A stretch of DNA of 64,000 bases from a virus, in the IMG/VR virus record IMGVR_UViG_3300024581_003789, positions 59,665-123,664 of that record; one strand, given 5' to 3'. Made by a program: the position numbers and the translations under genes. The notes under the pieces were generated by a model that was given only the letters and a program-made list of their open reading frames with translations, did no database searches and was not told the DNA's origin. Of this stretch, positions 1 to 9,895 are shown in pieces. Every line of letters starts with the position of its first letter. Position 1 is the first letter of the stretch.

Positions 1-1
1 T

Positions 2-187
2 GGGGCAAAATCATTTACAGACGAGAAATATGAAGGTTTAGCAGAAGAAGTTGCAAAGTTTGTTTGTTGGGATGGCCCAATAGAATATGAAGCTCCAGGT
101 TGGGAAATATGGGAGTCTATTGAAAATTCTCTATATGAAGATGCAATACGTTCTTTGCATGCTGAGCAAATTGCAGCAAAAATGTAA
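2..187 (+). CDS. 3' end of a hypothetical protein (truncated by window edge)
   Basis: Frame open from nt 2 to TAA 185-187 (GAKSFTDEKY...AEQIAAKM*). Confidence 0.6.
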   Translation, partial: GAKSFTDEKYEGLAEEVAKFVCWDGPIEYEAPGWEIWESIENSLYEDAIRSLHAEQIAAKM

Positions 188-210
188 CTGCATAAACCTT
201 GTAGTATAAT
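182..210 (+). promoter_or_regulatory. sigma70-like promoter
   Basis: ATGTAA-N17-TATAAT, followed by GGAGG RBS and ATG 233; the same xTGTAA-N17-TATAAT layout recurs at 53761. Confidence 0.55.
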
Positions 211-232
211 ATAAACAACCGCAGGAGGATAC

Positions 233-1651
233 ATGGTAGAAACAAACGATACCCTAACAAAAGAAGAATTAACTGATGAAAGATTTAAAAAGATTATGCT
301 TAAGTTTTTATTGAACGAGCCTTTCTTTTCAGATATCATGAGTCATGTTCGTCGACAGAAAACCTATGCTATTCCAACTGCTGGTGTTTCATGTGCAGGT
401 GGAGAATTTACGCTTCATTGGAATCCAGACTTTGTTGGAAAACTATCTACAAAAAAGATGTTTGGGTTGCTTAAGCATGAATGTTATCATCTCATTTACC
501 AACACGTTGCGGGTAGAAAGCAAAAGCCTCATCTCATGTGGAATATTGCAACTGACTTGGCAATCAATTCAACAATTCCGCTTGATGAATTGCCGGATGG
601 TGGGCTTATTCCAGGCCAAGCAACAGTGTTTCCTGAGGGTTACACACCAGAACCATCTCAAATCAAGATGAGTGACTTCATTAAGTCAATGCCGCTTAAT
701 AAATCATCTGAATGGTATATGGAAAAAATCATGTCCGATGAAGACATTCAAGATGCAATTCAAGAGGCAATGGGGCAAAAAGGTGGAAGTTGTCCAATGT
801 GTGCCGCCGGCGGTAGCGATGGTGATGGCGATGGAGATGGTTCTGGTGAAGGTACTGGCGGCCAAGGTTCCGGAGCTGGTGGTTCTAATAGTAAAACCAG
901 CGAAGGCGGCGAAGCTAATGGCTCTTGTGGGCATGGATTTGGTAACGGAAAACCGGGTCAAGGGTTTGATCATCACTTTGATGAAGAACTTACTGATGCT
1001 GAAAAAGCCATGGCTGATGCTAAAATCAAAGAAATTGTTAAAAAAGCTGCCAATCGAGCATCAAAAAATCGATCATGGGGTTCAGTTGGTGCCAGTATGC
1101 AAGGAGAAATCCAAGCAATGTTTTCCGATGAGGTTGACTGGCGAAATGTATTGAGATATTTCTGTGGTTCTAAGCAAAAGGCTAATCGTTCTAGAACATA
1201 CAAACGTATTAATAAGAAGTATCCTTATATCCACCCCGGTCGAAAAACAAGTTATACATCTAACATTGCTGTTTATATCGACCAGTCTGGGTCTGTTGGT
1301 GACAACGAGCTCCAGCTATTATTCAATACTCTTAATGAATTAGCAAAACGGGTCACATTTACAATTTATCACTTTGATACAGCAGTTGATGAAAATAGCG
1401 AGTTTGTTTGGAAGAAGAACAAAACTGTTCGCAAGGCATATAGGACTCGAGGTGGCGGCACGTGCTTTAATTGTGTTGAGGATCACTTTAGAAAGAACAT
1501 TGCCAAATATGATGGCTATATTATTATGACTGATGGTTACGCACCTAAACCAAAACCTTGTAAATCTAAGCGCTGCTGGGTTATTATACCAGGGTGTGAA
1601 CCACAATTCCAAATTGACAAAAAAGATACCAAAGTGGTAATGAAAGAATAA
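233..1651 (+). CDS. Putative metallopeptidase + VWA domain protein (DUF2201-like, usual MoxR partner)
   Basis: HExxH (LKHECYHL) followed by WNIATDLAIN; Gly/Ser-rich linker; C-terminal MIDAS motif IDQSGS...GGGT...MTDG. Confidence 0.8.
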   Translation: MVETNDTLTKEELTDERFKKIMLKFLLNEPFFSDIMSHVRRQKTYAIPTAGVSCAGGEFTLHWNPDFVGKLSTKKMFGLLKHECYHLIYQHVAGRKQKPHLMWNIATDLAINSTIPLDELPDGGLIPGQATVFPEGYTPEPSQIKMSDFIKSMPLNKSSEWYMEKIMSDEDIQDAIQEAMGQKGGSCPMCAAGGSDGDGDGDGSGEGTGGQGSGAGGSNSKTSEGGEANGSCGHGFGNGKPGQGFDHHFDEELTDAEKAMADAKIKEIVKKAANRASKNRSWGSVGASMQGEIQAMFSDEVDWRNVLRYFCGSKQKANRSRTYKRINKKYPYIHPGRKTSYTSNIAVYIDQSGSVGDNELQLLFNTLNELAKRVTFTIYHFDTAVDENSEFVWKKNKTVRKAYRTRGGGTCFNCVEDHFRKNIAKYDGYIIMTDGYAPKPKPCKSKRCWVIIPGCEPQFQIDKKDTKVVMKE

Positions 1652-1662
1652 AAGGACAAAAT

Positions 1663-4600
1663 ATGAAAATACTACACATAGCTGATATCCACTGGCGAGG
1701 ATTATCTCGACATCAAGAATATGTTTTAGCCTTCAAAGACCTATTTAGGCAAGCTGAAGAGTTACAGCCTGATATTATCTATGTAGGTGGTGATATTGTT
1801 CATTCTAAGACCCAAGGTATATCCCCAGAGTTAATACAAAACTTATGTTGGTGGTTTAATGGCCTAGCTAAGATAGCACCAACACACGTCATTCTCGGGA
1901 ACCATGATGGCCTTATTCTCAACAAAGACAGACAAGATGCAATAACGCCTATCATAGAAGCGCTTGACAATCCTAACATCTTCTTATATAAGCAGTCTGG
2001 TACATATGAATTTGCACCTGGGTTTGAATGGTGTGTACTCTCTTGTTTTGATGAAGAAAACTTCTTCAAAGCCAAGCCCACTAAAGACAATGTGAGTATT
2101 GCTTTGTATCATGGTGCTGTAAGAGGTAGTCTTACCGATGTCGACTGGCAGCTGGAAGGTGAATCAACACTTGACCTTTTTAAATCGTATGATTTTGCAA
2201 TGTTAGGTGATATTCATAAAAGACAATTCCTCAACAAGGAAGAAACAATTGCTTACTGCGGTTCAACAATTCAACAAAACTTTGGAGAAGATAGCGAAAA
2301 AGGCTTTCTCTTTTGGGATATTAAGTCTGCAAAAGACTTTACATGTAAATTCTACCCAGTTGAAAACAGATATCATTTTGTCACAATTGACTGGCAAGGA
2401 GATGTACAAAAAACATACAACAAATGCAAACTATATCCTAATCTTTCACGCTTCAGAATCAAAGCCGATAACTACATAAGTCAAGCTGACGCCAGAAGAC
2501 TCCAAAAAATTCTAACAAAACAAAAAGCTGCGTCTGAAGTTGTTTTCAAGGTTGAATCAAAGTTTGATTCCAATACAATTCAAACAAGGTCGGGCGATAC
2601 GATGTCAATTGACTTAAGAAGTCCTGACAAGCATAAAGAGCTTATTAGAGAATATTATAAAAGTAATAATCTTTCTAGCAACGATCTAGAAAAACTTGAT
2701 GATCTTGTCGACAGAAGTTTGTCTGAAATAGCTCAGTCGGATAGAGACTTAAGGAATGTCAGGTGGTCAATCAATAGTTTAAAATTTGATAATTGTTTTT
2801 CTTACAAGGATGGAAATTTTATTAACTTTGAAAACATGCCCGGCATTACAGGAATATTTGGTAGAAATGCTAGAGGCAAATCATCAATCATAGGAACCAT
2901 TGCTTATGCGCTATTTAATACATCTGACAGGGGTGCAATTAAAAATATTCATCTAATCAACACAAGAAAAAATTCTTGCAAAGCAGAATTAGATATATCA
3001 ATTAACAACGTTCCTTATCGAATTGTTAGAAAGACTGTCAAGAAACAAACAAAAAAGAATATTTGGGCACCAACAACCCTCAATTTTTATAGACTAGACA
3101 AGTCAGGCGATATCATTGAAGACCTAACCGAAGAACAAAGAAGAGAAACTGAGAAAATCATTCGAGGTATGATTGGTACCCCAGAAGAATTTCTTATGAC
3201 TTCTTTAGCTTCTCAGGGTGATATGAACAATTTCATTAAAGAAAAGGCATCTGCTAGAAAAGCTATTTTGGCAAACTTTTTAGATCTGACAGTTTTTGAC
3301 GGTATTAATGAGTTTGCAAAAAAAGAAGCAGCAAACCTCAAGCAGCAGGCACAAACTTTGAATAGAGGCGACTGGGACAAACATATCAATTTAAAAACAT
3401 ACTCTATTAAGGAAATTGAAGAATCTATTGAAAAAGAAGAAGATGACCTTAAGAAGTTAAAAGAAGATTATGAAATATATATCAAAGATCTTCATTCCAA
3501 CGTGCAACCTGATTATATTACCCTTTTACAAGTCGATACTGCAAACAAAAAATTGAACTCTGCCATTTCTTCTTTAAAGAGTCTAAAAGAAAAAAGAGAC
3601 AATTTGAAAGACGATATTTTTGAAACTGAACAAAAAATATCTAAAGTTGATGCATTTTTAGACAGTATCAACCCGAATGAAATTAGAGAGAAACGTGATG
3701 CCCAAAAAGAAATTGAGTCTCTTTTAAATTCTATGCAAAGTGACTTAAAATATGAAAGAAAAGAGCTTTCATTCATTGAAAAGTCTGTTGAGAAGTTAAA
3801 TGAAGTTCCGTGCGGTGATCAATTCCCTAAGTGCAAATTCATCAAAGAGTCTCATTCAAATAAAAAGAAGTTAGACAAACAGCGAGACAAGGTAACAGCT
3901 CTAAAAATTAAAGTTGATGATCTGAAAGCTGCTTTTAGAAAATTAGGGCGCAAAGATTATGGTGAAGAACTAGATAAATACAATGCTATTCTACAAAGAA
4001 AGTCTGAGTTAATAGCCTCAATATCTTCAATTAAAGTAAAAATTAAAGGTTATGAAAAAGATATTGACAATCTTGAGCCAAGCATCACAGTTTTAGAAAG
4101 AGAGTATAAAGACTTGCAAGAGCGATACGAGAGCCAAGAAGAAAATAACACACATATTTTGGCTGAAAATCGCGTAAGACAGACAAATAAGCTAATCAAA
4201 GAAGTTGATTCCAAGCGAACCAGCCTAATTACAAAATTAGCAAAAGAAAAAGCAGAAAAAAATGTCTTGGTGAAGCAAAAGAAAGAATATGAAAAAATCA
4301 GTAAGTCTTTAAGAATATATGATTTATTTACTCAGGCAACATCAAACAAAGGTATTCCTGTTCAGATTATTCATGCGATGCTACCTCAAATTAATGCAGA
4401 GATATCTAAAATCTTAAAAGGAGTTGTTGGGTTTACAGTTGAACTTGAAGCCGATCTAGATAGTAATACAATGGATATCTTTATTAACTATGGAGATAGT
4501 CGAAGAATCATCGAGCTAGGGTCAGGGATGGAAAAAATGATGGCATCATTAGCTATCCGCGTGGCTTTAATTAATGTCTCTTCGCTTCCTAAGACTAGTA

Positions 4601-4794
4601 TGTTAATGATTGATGAAGGATTTGGTGCTTTAGATGAAACAAATCTAGAAGCTTGCAGTAAACTTCTACAGTCACTCAAAAAGTGGTTTAAAAATATCGT
4701 CGTAATATCTCATATTGATGAAATCAAAGACATTGTTGATAACAATATTGATATTATGAGAAAAGGAGTTGATTCGTATGTCTTCCAGCCGTAA
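1663..4794 (+). CDS. sbcD-sbcC: Mre11/SbcD nuclease - Rad50/SbcC ATPase fusion (gp47-gp46-like)
   Basis: Phosphoesterase motifs ADIH, GGDIVH, GNHD, GDIHK; Walker A GRNARGKSS; long coiled coil; Walker B/D-loop MIDEGFGALD; H-loop VISH. Confidence 0.92.
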   Translation: MKILHIADIHWRGLSRHQEYVLAFKDLFRQAEELQPDIIYVGGDIVHSKTQGISPELIQNLCWWFNGLAKIAPTHVILGNHDGLILNKDRQDAITPIIEALDNPNIFLYKQSGTYEFAPGFEWCVLSCFDEENFFKAKPTKDNVSIALYHGAVRGSLTDVDWQLEGESTLDLFKSYDFAMLGDIHKRQFLNKEETIAYCGSTIQQNFGEDSEKGFLFWDIKSAKDFTCKFYPVENRYHFVTIDWQGDVQKTYNKCKLYPNLSRFRIKADNYISQADARRLQKILTKQKAASEVVFKVESKFDSNTIQTRSGDTMSIDLRSPDKHKELIREYYKSNNLSSNDLEKLDDLVDRSLSEIAQSDRDLRNVRWSINSLKFDNCFSYKDGNFINFENMPGITGIFGRNARGKSSIIGTIAYALFNTSDRGAIKNIHLINTRKNSCKAELDISINNVPYRIVRKTVKKQTKKNIWAPTTLNFYRLDKSGDIIEDLTEEQRRETEKIIRGMIGTPEEFLMTSLASQGDMNNFIKEKASARKAILANFLDLTVFDGINEFAKKEAANLKQQAQTLNRGDWDKHINLKTYSIKEIEESIEKEEDDLKKLKEDYEIYIKDLHSNVQPDYITLLQVDTANKKLNSAISSLKSLKEKRDNLKDDIFETEQKISKVDAFLDSINPNEIREKRDAQKEIESLLNSMQSDLKYERKELSFIEKSVEKLNEVPCGDQFPKCKFIKESHSNKKKLDKQRDKVTALKIKVDDLKAAFRKLGRKDYGEELDKYNAILQRKSELIASISSIKVKIKGYEKDIDNLEPSITVLEREYKDLQERYESQEENNTHILAENRVRQTNKLIKEVDSKRTSLITKLAKEKAEKNVLVKQKKEYEKISKSLRIYDLFTQATSNKGIPVQIIHAMLPQINAEISKILKGVVGFTVELEADLDSNTMDIFINYGDSRRIIELGSGMEKMMASLAIRVALINVSSLPKTSMLMIDEGFGALDETNLEACSKLLQSLKKWFKNIVVISHIDEIKDIVDNNIDIMRKGVDSYVFQP

Positions 4795-5038
4795 CTTAGT
4801 AGTCATTGGTAAGCAAAAAAAAGAAAATTTTTATTGTACTATTTGCGATTATCCGCTTGTAACAAAAGAAGACTTCACATCAGATACTGGGTATGATTGT
4901 TGCAACGAATGCTTTCTGCAATTTGCTCAATCAAGAAGAAAAGAATGGAAAAATGGGTGGCGACCTAATAAAAACGATATTAGAAGTTATATATCTATAA
5001 GGCGAAAGCTTTATAAAATTTCAAGCAAGGAGAAATGA
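4769..5038 (+). CDS. Small putative zinc-finger protein
   Basis: CTIC...CCNEC pattern; ends overlap or abut both neighbouring genes. Confidence 0.6.
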   Translation: MIRMSSSRNLVVIGKQKKENFYCTICDYPLVTKEDFTSDTGYDCCNECFLQFAQSRRKEWKNGWRPNKNDIRSYISIRRKLYKISSKEK

Positions 5039-5039
5039 A

Positions 5040-5498
5040 ATGGGACTAAGCTTTGAAGAAGTAAATATTTTAGGGGATTTAATCAACGACACGTTTGGTA
5101 AGGCTTCTACAACATCAGGTTATTACTCATCAGACAAAGAAGACGATGTAAATTACGGTGGTTATACAAGAGGAGGTACTGGCACGGCAACGTCAGTTGC
5201 AACAAAGGCTAGCATGCAAGGCGAAACTCTTTGTGTAACTTCTTTGTGCATTGTTAATTTAGGACCACACGGTCATCAACATCAAGTAATCAATCAAACT
5301 GAGGGCGAACTTAATCAACACATTAACTCTTTCATGTCTAATCTTAAAAAACAATTTAAAAAGAAAGAGCATGCTGGAAGAGCACTCAAGACAAAAGAAG
5401 ATAAAAATAAGCGCACAACAGACGTTCAAATGATTAATCATTATGCAGAGACGCGTCAGGCTTATATCTACCGAAGAGCGTTTTTTGAGATTGGTTAA
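5040..5498 (+). CDS. Hypothetical protein directly upstream of TerL
   Basis: AGGAG RBS; stop overlaps TerL start (TAATG). Confidence 0.7.
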   Translation: MGLSFEEVNILGDLINDTFGKASTTSGYYSSDKEDDVNYGGYTRGGTGTATSVATKASMQGETLCVTSLCIVNLGPHGHQHQVINQTEGELNQHINSFMSNLKKQFKKKEHAGRALKTKEDKNKRTTDVQMINHYAETRQAYIYRRAFFEIG

Positions 5499-7111
5499 TG
5501 GCTAGACTTACAAAAAAAGCACAAGTCGCAGAAATTATCAAGTGTGGAAAAGATCCTAACTACTTTTTTAAGAACTACGTAAAGATTCAGCATCCTGTTC
5601 GAGGTTTGATACCTTTCGAAATGTTTCCTTTTCAGGAAAACTGTGTTGATGATTTTAATGAACATAGATTCAATATTGTTCTTAAGTCAAGACAGCTAGG
5701 TCTTTCTACACTTGTAGCTGCATATTCAGTTTGGATGGCCATCTTTAAAAAAGAAAAGAACATCTTGATTATTGCGACAAAACTAAAAGTTGCACAGAAC
5801 TTTATCATCAAAGTTAAGACAATGATTAAGTCTCTACCCAAATGGCTTTTGTTGCCTGAAATTGTGTCCAATAATAAGCAAGAGATTATTTTTAGTCATG
5901 GGTCACAAATTAAAGCAATTCCAACCTCTGATGATGCTGGTCGTTCTGAAGCACTTTCTCTTTTGATTGTAGATGAGGCTGCTTTTGTTAGAAACTTTGA
6001 CACTATTTGGACAGGTATTTACCCCACAATTTCTACCGGTGGTCGAGTAATTATTTTATCTACTCCAAATGGTGTAGGTGGGCAATATCACAAGCTCTAT
6101 ACAGAAGCGGAAGCCGGCTTAAATGAATTTAATCCAATTAAAATTATGTGGGATGAACATCCAGAGCGTGGAGAGGAATGGTTTAAACAGGTCACAGCAA
6201 ACTTGTCAAAAAGGCAAATTGCACAAGAGTACCTATGTGATTTTGCCATCTCTGGAGAAACATATTTGGACACTGTTACCATCGAGTGGATGAGTAGTAT
6301 TGTTATGCCCCCTATGATGAGAGAAGGCCCAGACAACAACGTATGGATCTGGAAGCAGCCTCTTTCTGAAAACGAATACATAATATCAGCCGATGTGTCT
6401 AGAGGTGATGCTAAAGACTATTCAACATTTCATGTGATTGATGTTAACACGTCAGAGGTTGTTGCCGAGTACAAAGGTAAGATTCGGCCTGATAATTTTG
6501 CTGAATTGATCAACAAATACGGGTTAAAGTATAATAAGGCATTGGTTTGCCCAGAAAACAATAGTTACGGTTACGCAACAATTTTAAAATTGCAAGAGCT
6601 TAATTACCCTAGATTGTACTATCGCAAAAGAAAAGGAGCTTTCTTGGGTGGGTACGTTCCTCAGCAAACTCCAGACGTTGCAGGATTCAATACGAACGGC
6701 AAGACAAGAGGTACTATTTTAGCAAAACTAGAAGAAGTTTTAAGAAATAAGCAACTCATAGTATACTCTAGTAGGTTCTACGAGGAATTAAAAGTGTTTG
6801 CTGTTGGATTAGATGGGCGTGCTGCTGCTAAAAGAGGTTATAACGACGACTTGGTCATGAGTATGGCAATTGGTGCGTGGTTGTTTGATGCATCTTCAGA
6901 TTATAGCAAAAACTCTAAAGAGTTGAATGATGCAATGTTGAATGCGATGAAAAGAACAACAAACCCGTATGCAGATACTCCAGAAGCTGTTAATGCCCCA
7001 ATAAGTATGTATTCAGGCAATTCAAAAGACAATCGTTCCGGAAGAACTAATTTTTTTAATCAGAACGCAAAACAAAGACAAAATTTAAACGATAACAAAT
7101 GGTTATTATAG
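5498..7111 (+). CDS. terL: Terminase large subunit (T4 gp17-like)
   Basis: LKSRQLGLST (Walker A region), LLIVDEAAF (Walker B), ILSTPNG coupling motif, nuclease ISADVSRG and DDLVMS. Confidence 0.95.
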   Translation: MARLTKKAQVAEIIKCGKDPNYFFKNYVKIQHPVRGLIPFEMFPFQENCVDDFNEHRFNIVLKSRQLGLSTLVAAYSVWMAIFKKEKNILIIATKLKVAQNFIIKVKTMIKSLPKWLLLPEIVSNNKQEIIFSHGSQIKAIPTSDDAGRSEALSLLIVDEAAFVRNFDTIWTGIYPTISTGGRVIILSTPNGVGGQYHKLYTEAEAGLNEFNPIKIMWDEHPERGEEWFKQVTANLSKRQIAQEYLCDFAISGETYLDTVTIEWMSSIVMPPMMREGPDNNVWIWKQPLSENEYIISADVSRGDAKDYSTFHVIDVNTSEVVAEYKGKIRPDNFAELINKYGLKYNKALVCPENNSYGYATILKLQELNYPRLYYRKRKGAFLGGYVPQQTPDVAGFNTNGKTRGTILAKLEEVLRNKQLIVYSSRFYEELKVFAVGLDGRAAAKRGYNDDLVMSMAIGAWLFDASSDYSKNSKELNDAMLNAMKRTTNPYADTPEAVNAPISMYSGNSKDNRSGRTNFFNQNAKQRQNLNDNKWLL

Positions 7112-7120
7112 AGGAAACAA

Positions 7121-9073
7121 ATGGCACAAAATAATTCTAGAAATCTTTTTCAAAGACTCACTAGACTTTTTAGAAGCGGACCCGTTGTAAAAAGAAGTGT
7201 ATTGAAAAATGATGCAAGCAATAGCAATTATACGTCTTCAGCATTCGAATCATTTCGAAAAAATCAGTCTCAAGTATATAGTAATGCAATGTCTGCTTAC
7301 GGAACATACGATAGAATGGCAAGGTATTCAGACTTTTCTGAAATGGAATACACGCCAGAGATTGCTAGTGCGCTAGACATTTATTCAGAAGAAGCAGTAT
7401 CTGCAGATGAGAGTGGCAAAACACTCCATATCTATTCAGATAATTCAAAAATACAACAACTGCTTCATGAACTATTTTATGATACTCTAAATGTTGAATT
7501 TAATATGTCTTCATGGGTTAGAAATTTAGTTAAGTACGGAGACTGCTTTCTGTTTAACGACGTTCACCCTAAGCATGGTGTAATTAATGCATACCCATTA
7601 CCTATATCTGAAATTGAAAGAGAAGAAGGATTTGATCCTAACGATCCCATGGCAGTACGCTTTAGATGGGTTACGCAAGGCAATCAGGTTTTGGAAAACT
7701 GGCAAGTATCTCATATGAGACTTTTAGGTAATGATGCATTTTTACCGTACGGATCGTCTGTATTAGAACCTGCAAGAAGAATCTGGCGACAGATGATTTT
7801 ACTAGAAGACGCAATGCTAGTCCATAGAATTGTCCGTGCACCAGACAGAAGAGTCTTTTATATTGACGTGGGTAACGTTCCACCGGAAGAAGTTGGCAAC
7901 TATATGGAACAGGCTCAAACCTCACTTAAGCGTTCTTCTATTGTTGACAAACAAACAGGAAGAGTAGACCTAAGATATAATCCGCTTTCAATTGACGAAG
8001 ACTACTTTATTCCTGTTCGAGGCGGTGACAGTGGTACTAAAATTGACAATGTTGGTGGACAAACTATTGCGGGTGAAACACAGGATGTAGAATATATTCA
8101 AAAGAAACTTTTTGCTGCTCTTAAGATTCCTAAGGCTTATCTAGGTTATGATGAAGGACTAGGTGCTAAAGCAACTTTGTCTCAAGAAGACATTCGTTTT
8201 AGTAGAACAATTGCAAGAATTCAAAGAACTGTACTGTCTGAAATGAATAAAATCGCAATCGTGCACTTGTATTGCAATGGTTTTACATCAGAAGATTTGT
8301 TAGATTTTAAGCTTATGCTGTCAAATCCATCAACAATTGCTCAGCAACAAAAATTAGAACTATATAATAGTAGATTTGCAACAGCTCAATCTGCTTTGCA
8401 AACACCCGGCCTTGTTGATCGCGTTTGGGTACAAAAAAATATTCTAAGATTGACAGATGAAGAAATTAATGAAGTTAAGTCAGGTATGAAGAGTGACAAA
8501 CTAAGCGACTTAGAAATTGAAGCAACTCAGTTGACAGCGCCTGGTGGGCCTGAGTCAGAAGTCGCAGGTATGCCTCAGTTTGATGGGGGTAACGTTGAAT
8601 TAGGTGCTGGTGGAATTGACCTAGGTTCTCTTTCAGAGCAACAGTCTATAGATAACGAAGATTATCCAGTAAGAGTTCAAAAACTAATTGAGCTTAGCTT
8701 GGATGAGCTCGAAGAAGATGCGCCTAAGTCAAGGAAAGGAGAAACTAAAAAATTCAATTCAATTGGCACAAACTCTTCGATAAAGCCTAGAAGGAGAGAT
8801 GATCCTGCTGATGCTGGGATGAGTGAGCTTGACTATGAACTCAAAAAGCAGGCAAAAGGTCCAAGTGTCCCGTCAGCAAAAGACTTGTTAGAGCAAGGAG
8901 ACTTTAGCATTGAGGATTTCTTAGATGAACAAATTTCCGTCAATGCTATAATGAATGACACACTTAGATCAACACTTCAACGTTTTGACAATACTTATGG
9001 TAAACAAGTAAATAACAATATAATTATTTCTGAGAATAATTCATCAGAAGAGGGTGATAATGAAGCACAATAA
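7121..9073 (+). CDS. gp20: Portal protein (T4 gp20-like) with acidic C-terminal extension
   Basis: Follows TerL; EDAMLVHRIVRAPDRRVFYIDVGN, EDYFIPVRG and FAALKIPKAYL are typical gp20-family motifs. Confidence 0.93.
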   Translation: MAQNNSRNLFQRLTRLFRSGPVVKRSVLKNDASNSNYTSSAFESFRKNQSQVYSNAMSAYGTYDRMARYSDFSEMEYTPEIASALDIYSEEAVSADESGKTLHIYSDNSKIQQLLHELFYDTLNVEFNMSSWVRNLVKYGDCFLFNDVHPKHGVINAYPLPISEIEREEGFDPNDPMAVRFRWVTQGNQVLENWQVSHMRLLGNDAFLPYGSSVLEPARRIWRQMILLEDAMLVHRIVRAPDRRVFYIDVGNVPPEEVGNYMEQAQTSLKRSSIVDKQTGRVDLRYNPLSIDEDYFIPVRGGDSGTKIDNVGGQTIAGETQDVEYIQKKLFAALKIPKAYLGYDEGLGAKATLSQEDIRFSRTIARIQRTVLSEMNKIAIVHLYCNGFTSEDLLDFKLMLSNPSTIAQQQKLELYNSRFATAQSALQTPGLVDRVWVQKNILRLTDEEINEVKSGMKSDKLSDLEIEATQLTAPGGPESEVAGMPQFDGGNVELGAGGIDLGSLSEQQSIDNEDYPVRVQKLIELSLDELEEDAPKSRKGETKKFNSIGTNSSIKPRRRDDPADAGMSELDYELKKQAKGPSVPSAKDLLEQGDFSIEDFLDEQISVNAIMNDTLRSTLQRFDNTYGKQVNNNIIISENNSSEEGDNEAQ

Positions 9074-9893
9074 AAAAAGAAACGTAGGAATCGTCTACGA
9101 ATTACTACTCAATAATATCTCAAAAAACTTGTTAGAGGGTAACAAATCAAAAGCCAAAACTGGTACGAAGATTATTGAAAAACACTTTAAGAAGGGAAGC
9201 GAGCTATACAAGGAATTCAGATTATTTAATGCTTTATCAAAATCAACTGTTTCCCAGACTCATGTTGTTGCCTCTATTTTAAATGAAGCAAAAATTGCTA
9301 GCAAGACTTTGAATGAAAAAAAGCTAGAAAAAGAAAAGTCTGATCTCTTAAGAGACATTAACTACAAGATTAATGATCCCGGTTTTTATTACGCCAACAT
9401 TCCTGACTATAGAGACCTAGGTCTAGTACAGTTAGCACTAAATGAGTGGCGTAAAGATGAGAGAGATATCAAGCGCCTAGTTGATCTTGAGACAAAGTTA
9501 GGCGAATTGTTGCTAAGAGAGAAAAACAGCAAGATAGAAGCTGAAATTAGTGCAAATCACAGCAATAGACTAGTTTTAAAGCTGATGACAGAAAAATTCA
9601 ATAAAGCTTACGGTGGAAAACTAAACTCAGATCAAAAAACAATTATTGAAAACTATGTTTTTCATGAAAATAATCCTAAAGAACTGATCAGATTTTTTAA
9701 AACAAAAAAAGAACAGTCAGTTAAAATTTTAGAAAATTTTGAAGAAAAAACAGACAACAAACATTTGCTATCAAAATTAGATTTAGTTAGAGAAAAAATC
9801 TCAACTTTAAATGAAAATAACATCAATGACGAAAACGTAATTAAATTTTTGACTCTGACAAAAATGATTGATGAAATTAAAAAGGAGCTATAA
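9060..9893 (+). CDS. Hypothetical head-module protein
   Basis: GAGGG RBS before ATG 9060 (MKHNKKRN); lies between portal and protease. Confidence 0.75.
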   Translation: MKHNKKRNVGIVYELLLNNISKNLLEGNKSKAKTGTKIIEKHFKKGSELYKEFRLFNALSKSTVSQTHVVASILNEAKIASKTLNEKKLEKEKSDLLRDINYKINDPGFYYANIPDYRDLGLVQLALNEWRKDERDIKRLVDLETKLGELLLREKNSKIEAEISANHSNRLVLKLMTEKFNKAYGGKLNSDQKTIIENYVFHENNPKELIRFFKTKKEQSVKILENFEEKTDNKHLLSKLDLVREKISTLNENNINDENVIKFLTLTKMIDEIKKEL

Positions 9894-9895
9894 AC

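Noticed and set aside
780-970. GC-rich patch as foreign DNA or structured RNA
   Set aside because: Explained by the Gly/Ser/Asp codons of the VWA linker.
345-1612. Alternative-frame and antisense ORFs over the VWA gene (and similar shadow ORFs throughout)
   Set aside because: They overlap well-supported + strand genes and lack RBS or motifs; typical shadows of coding sequence.
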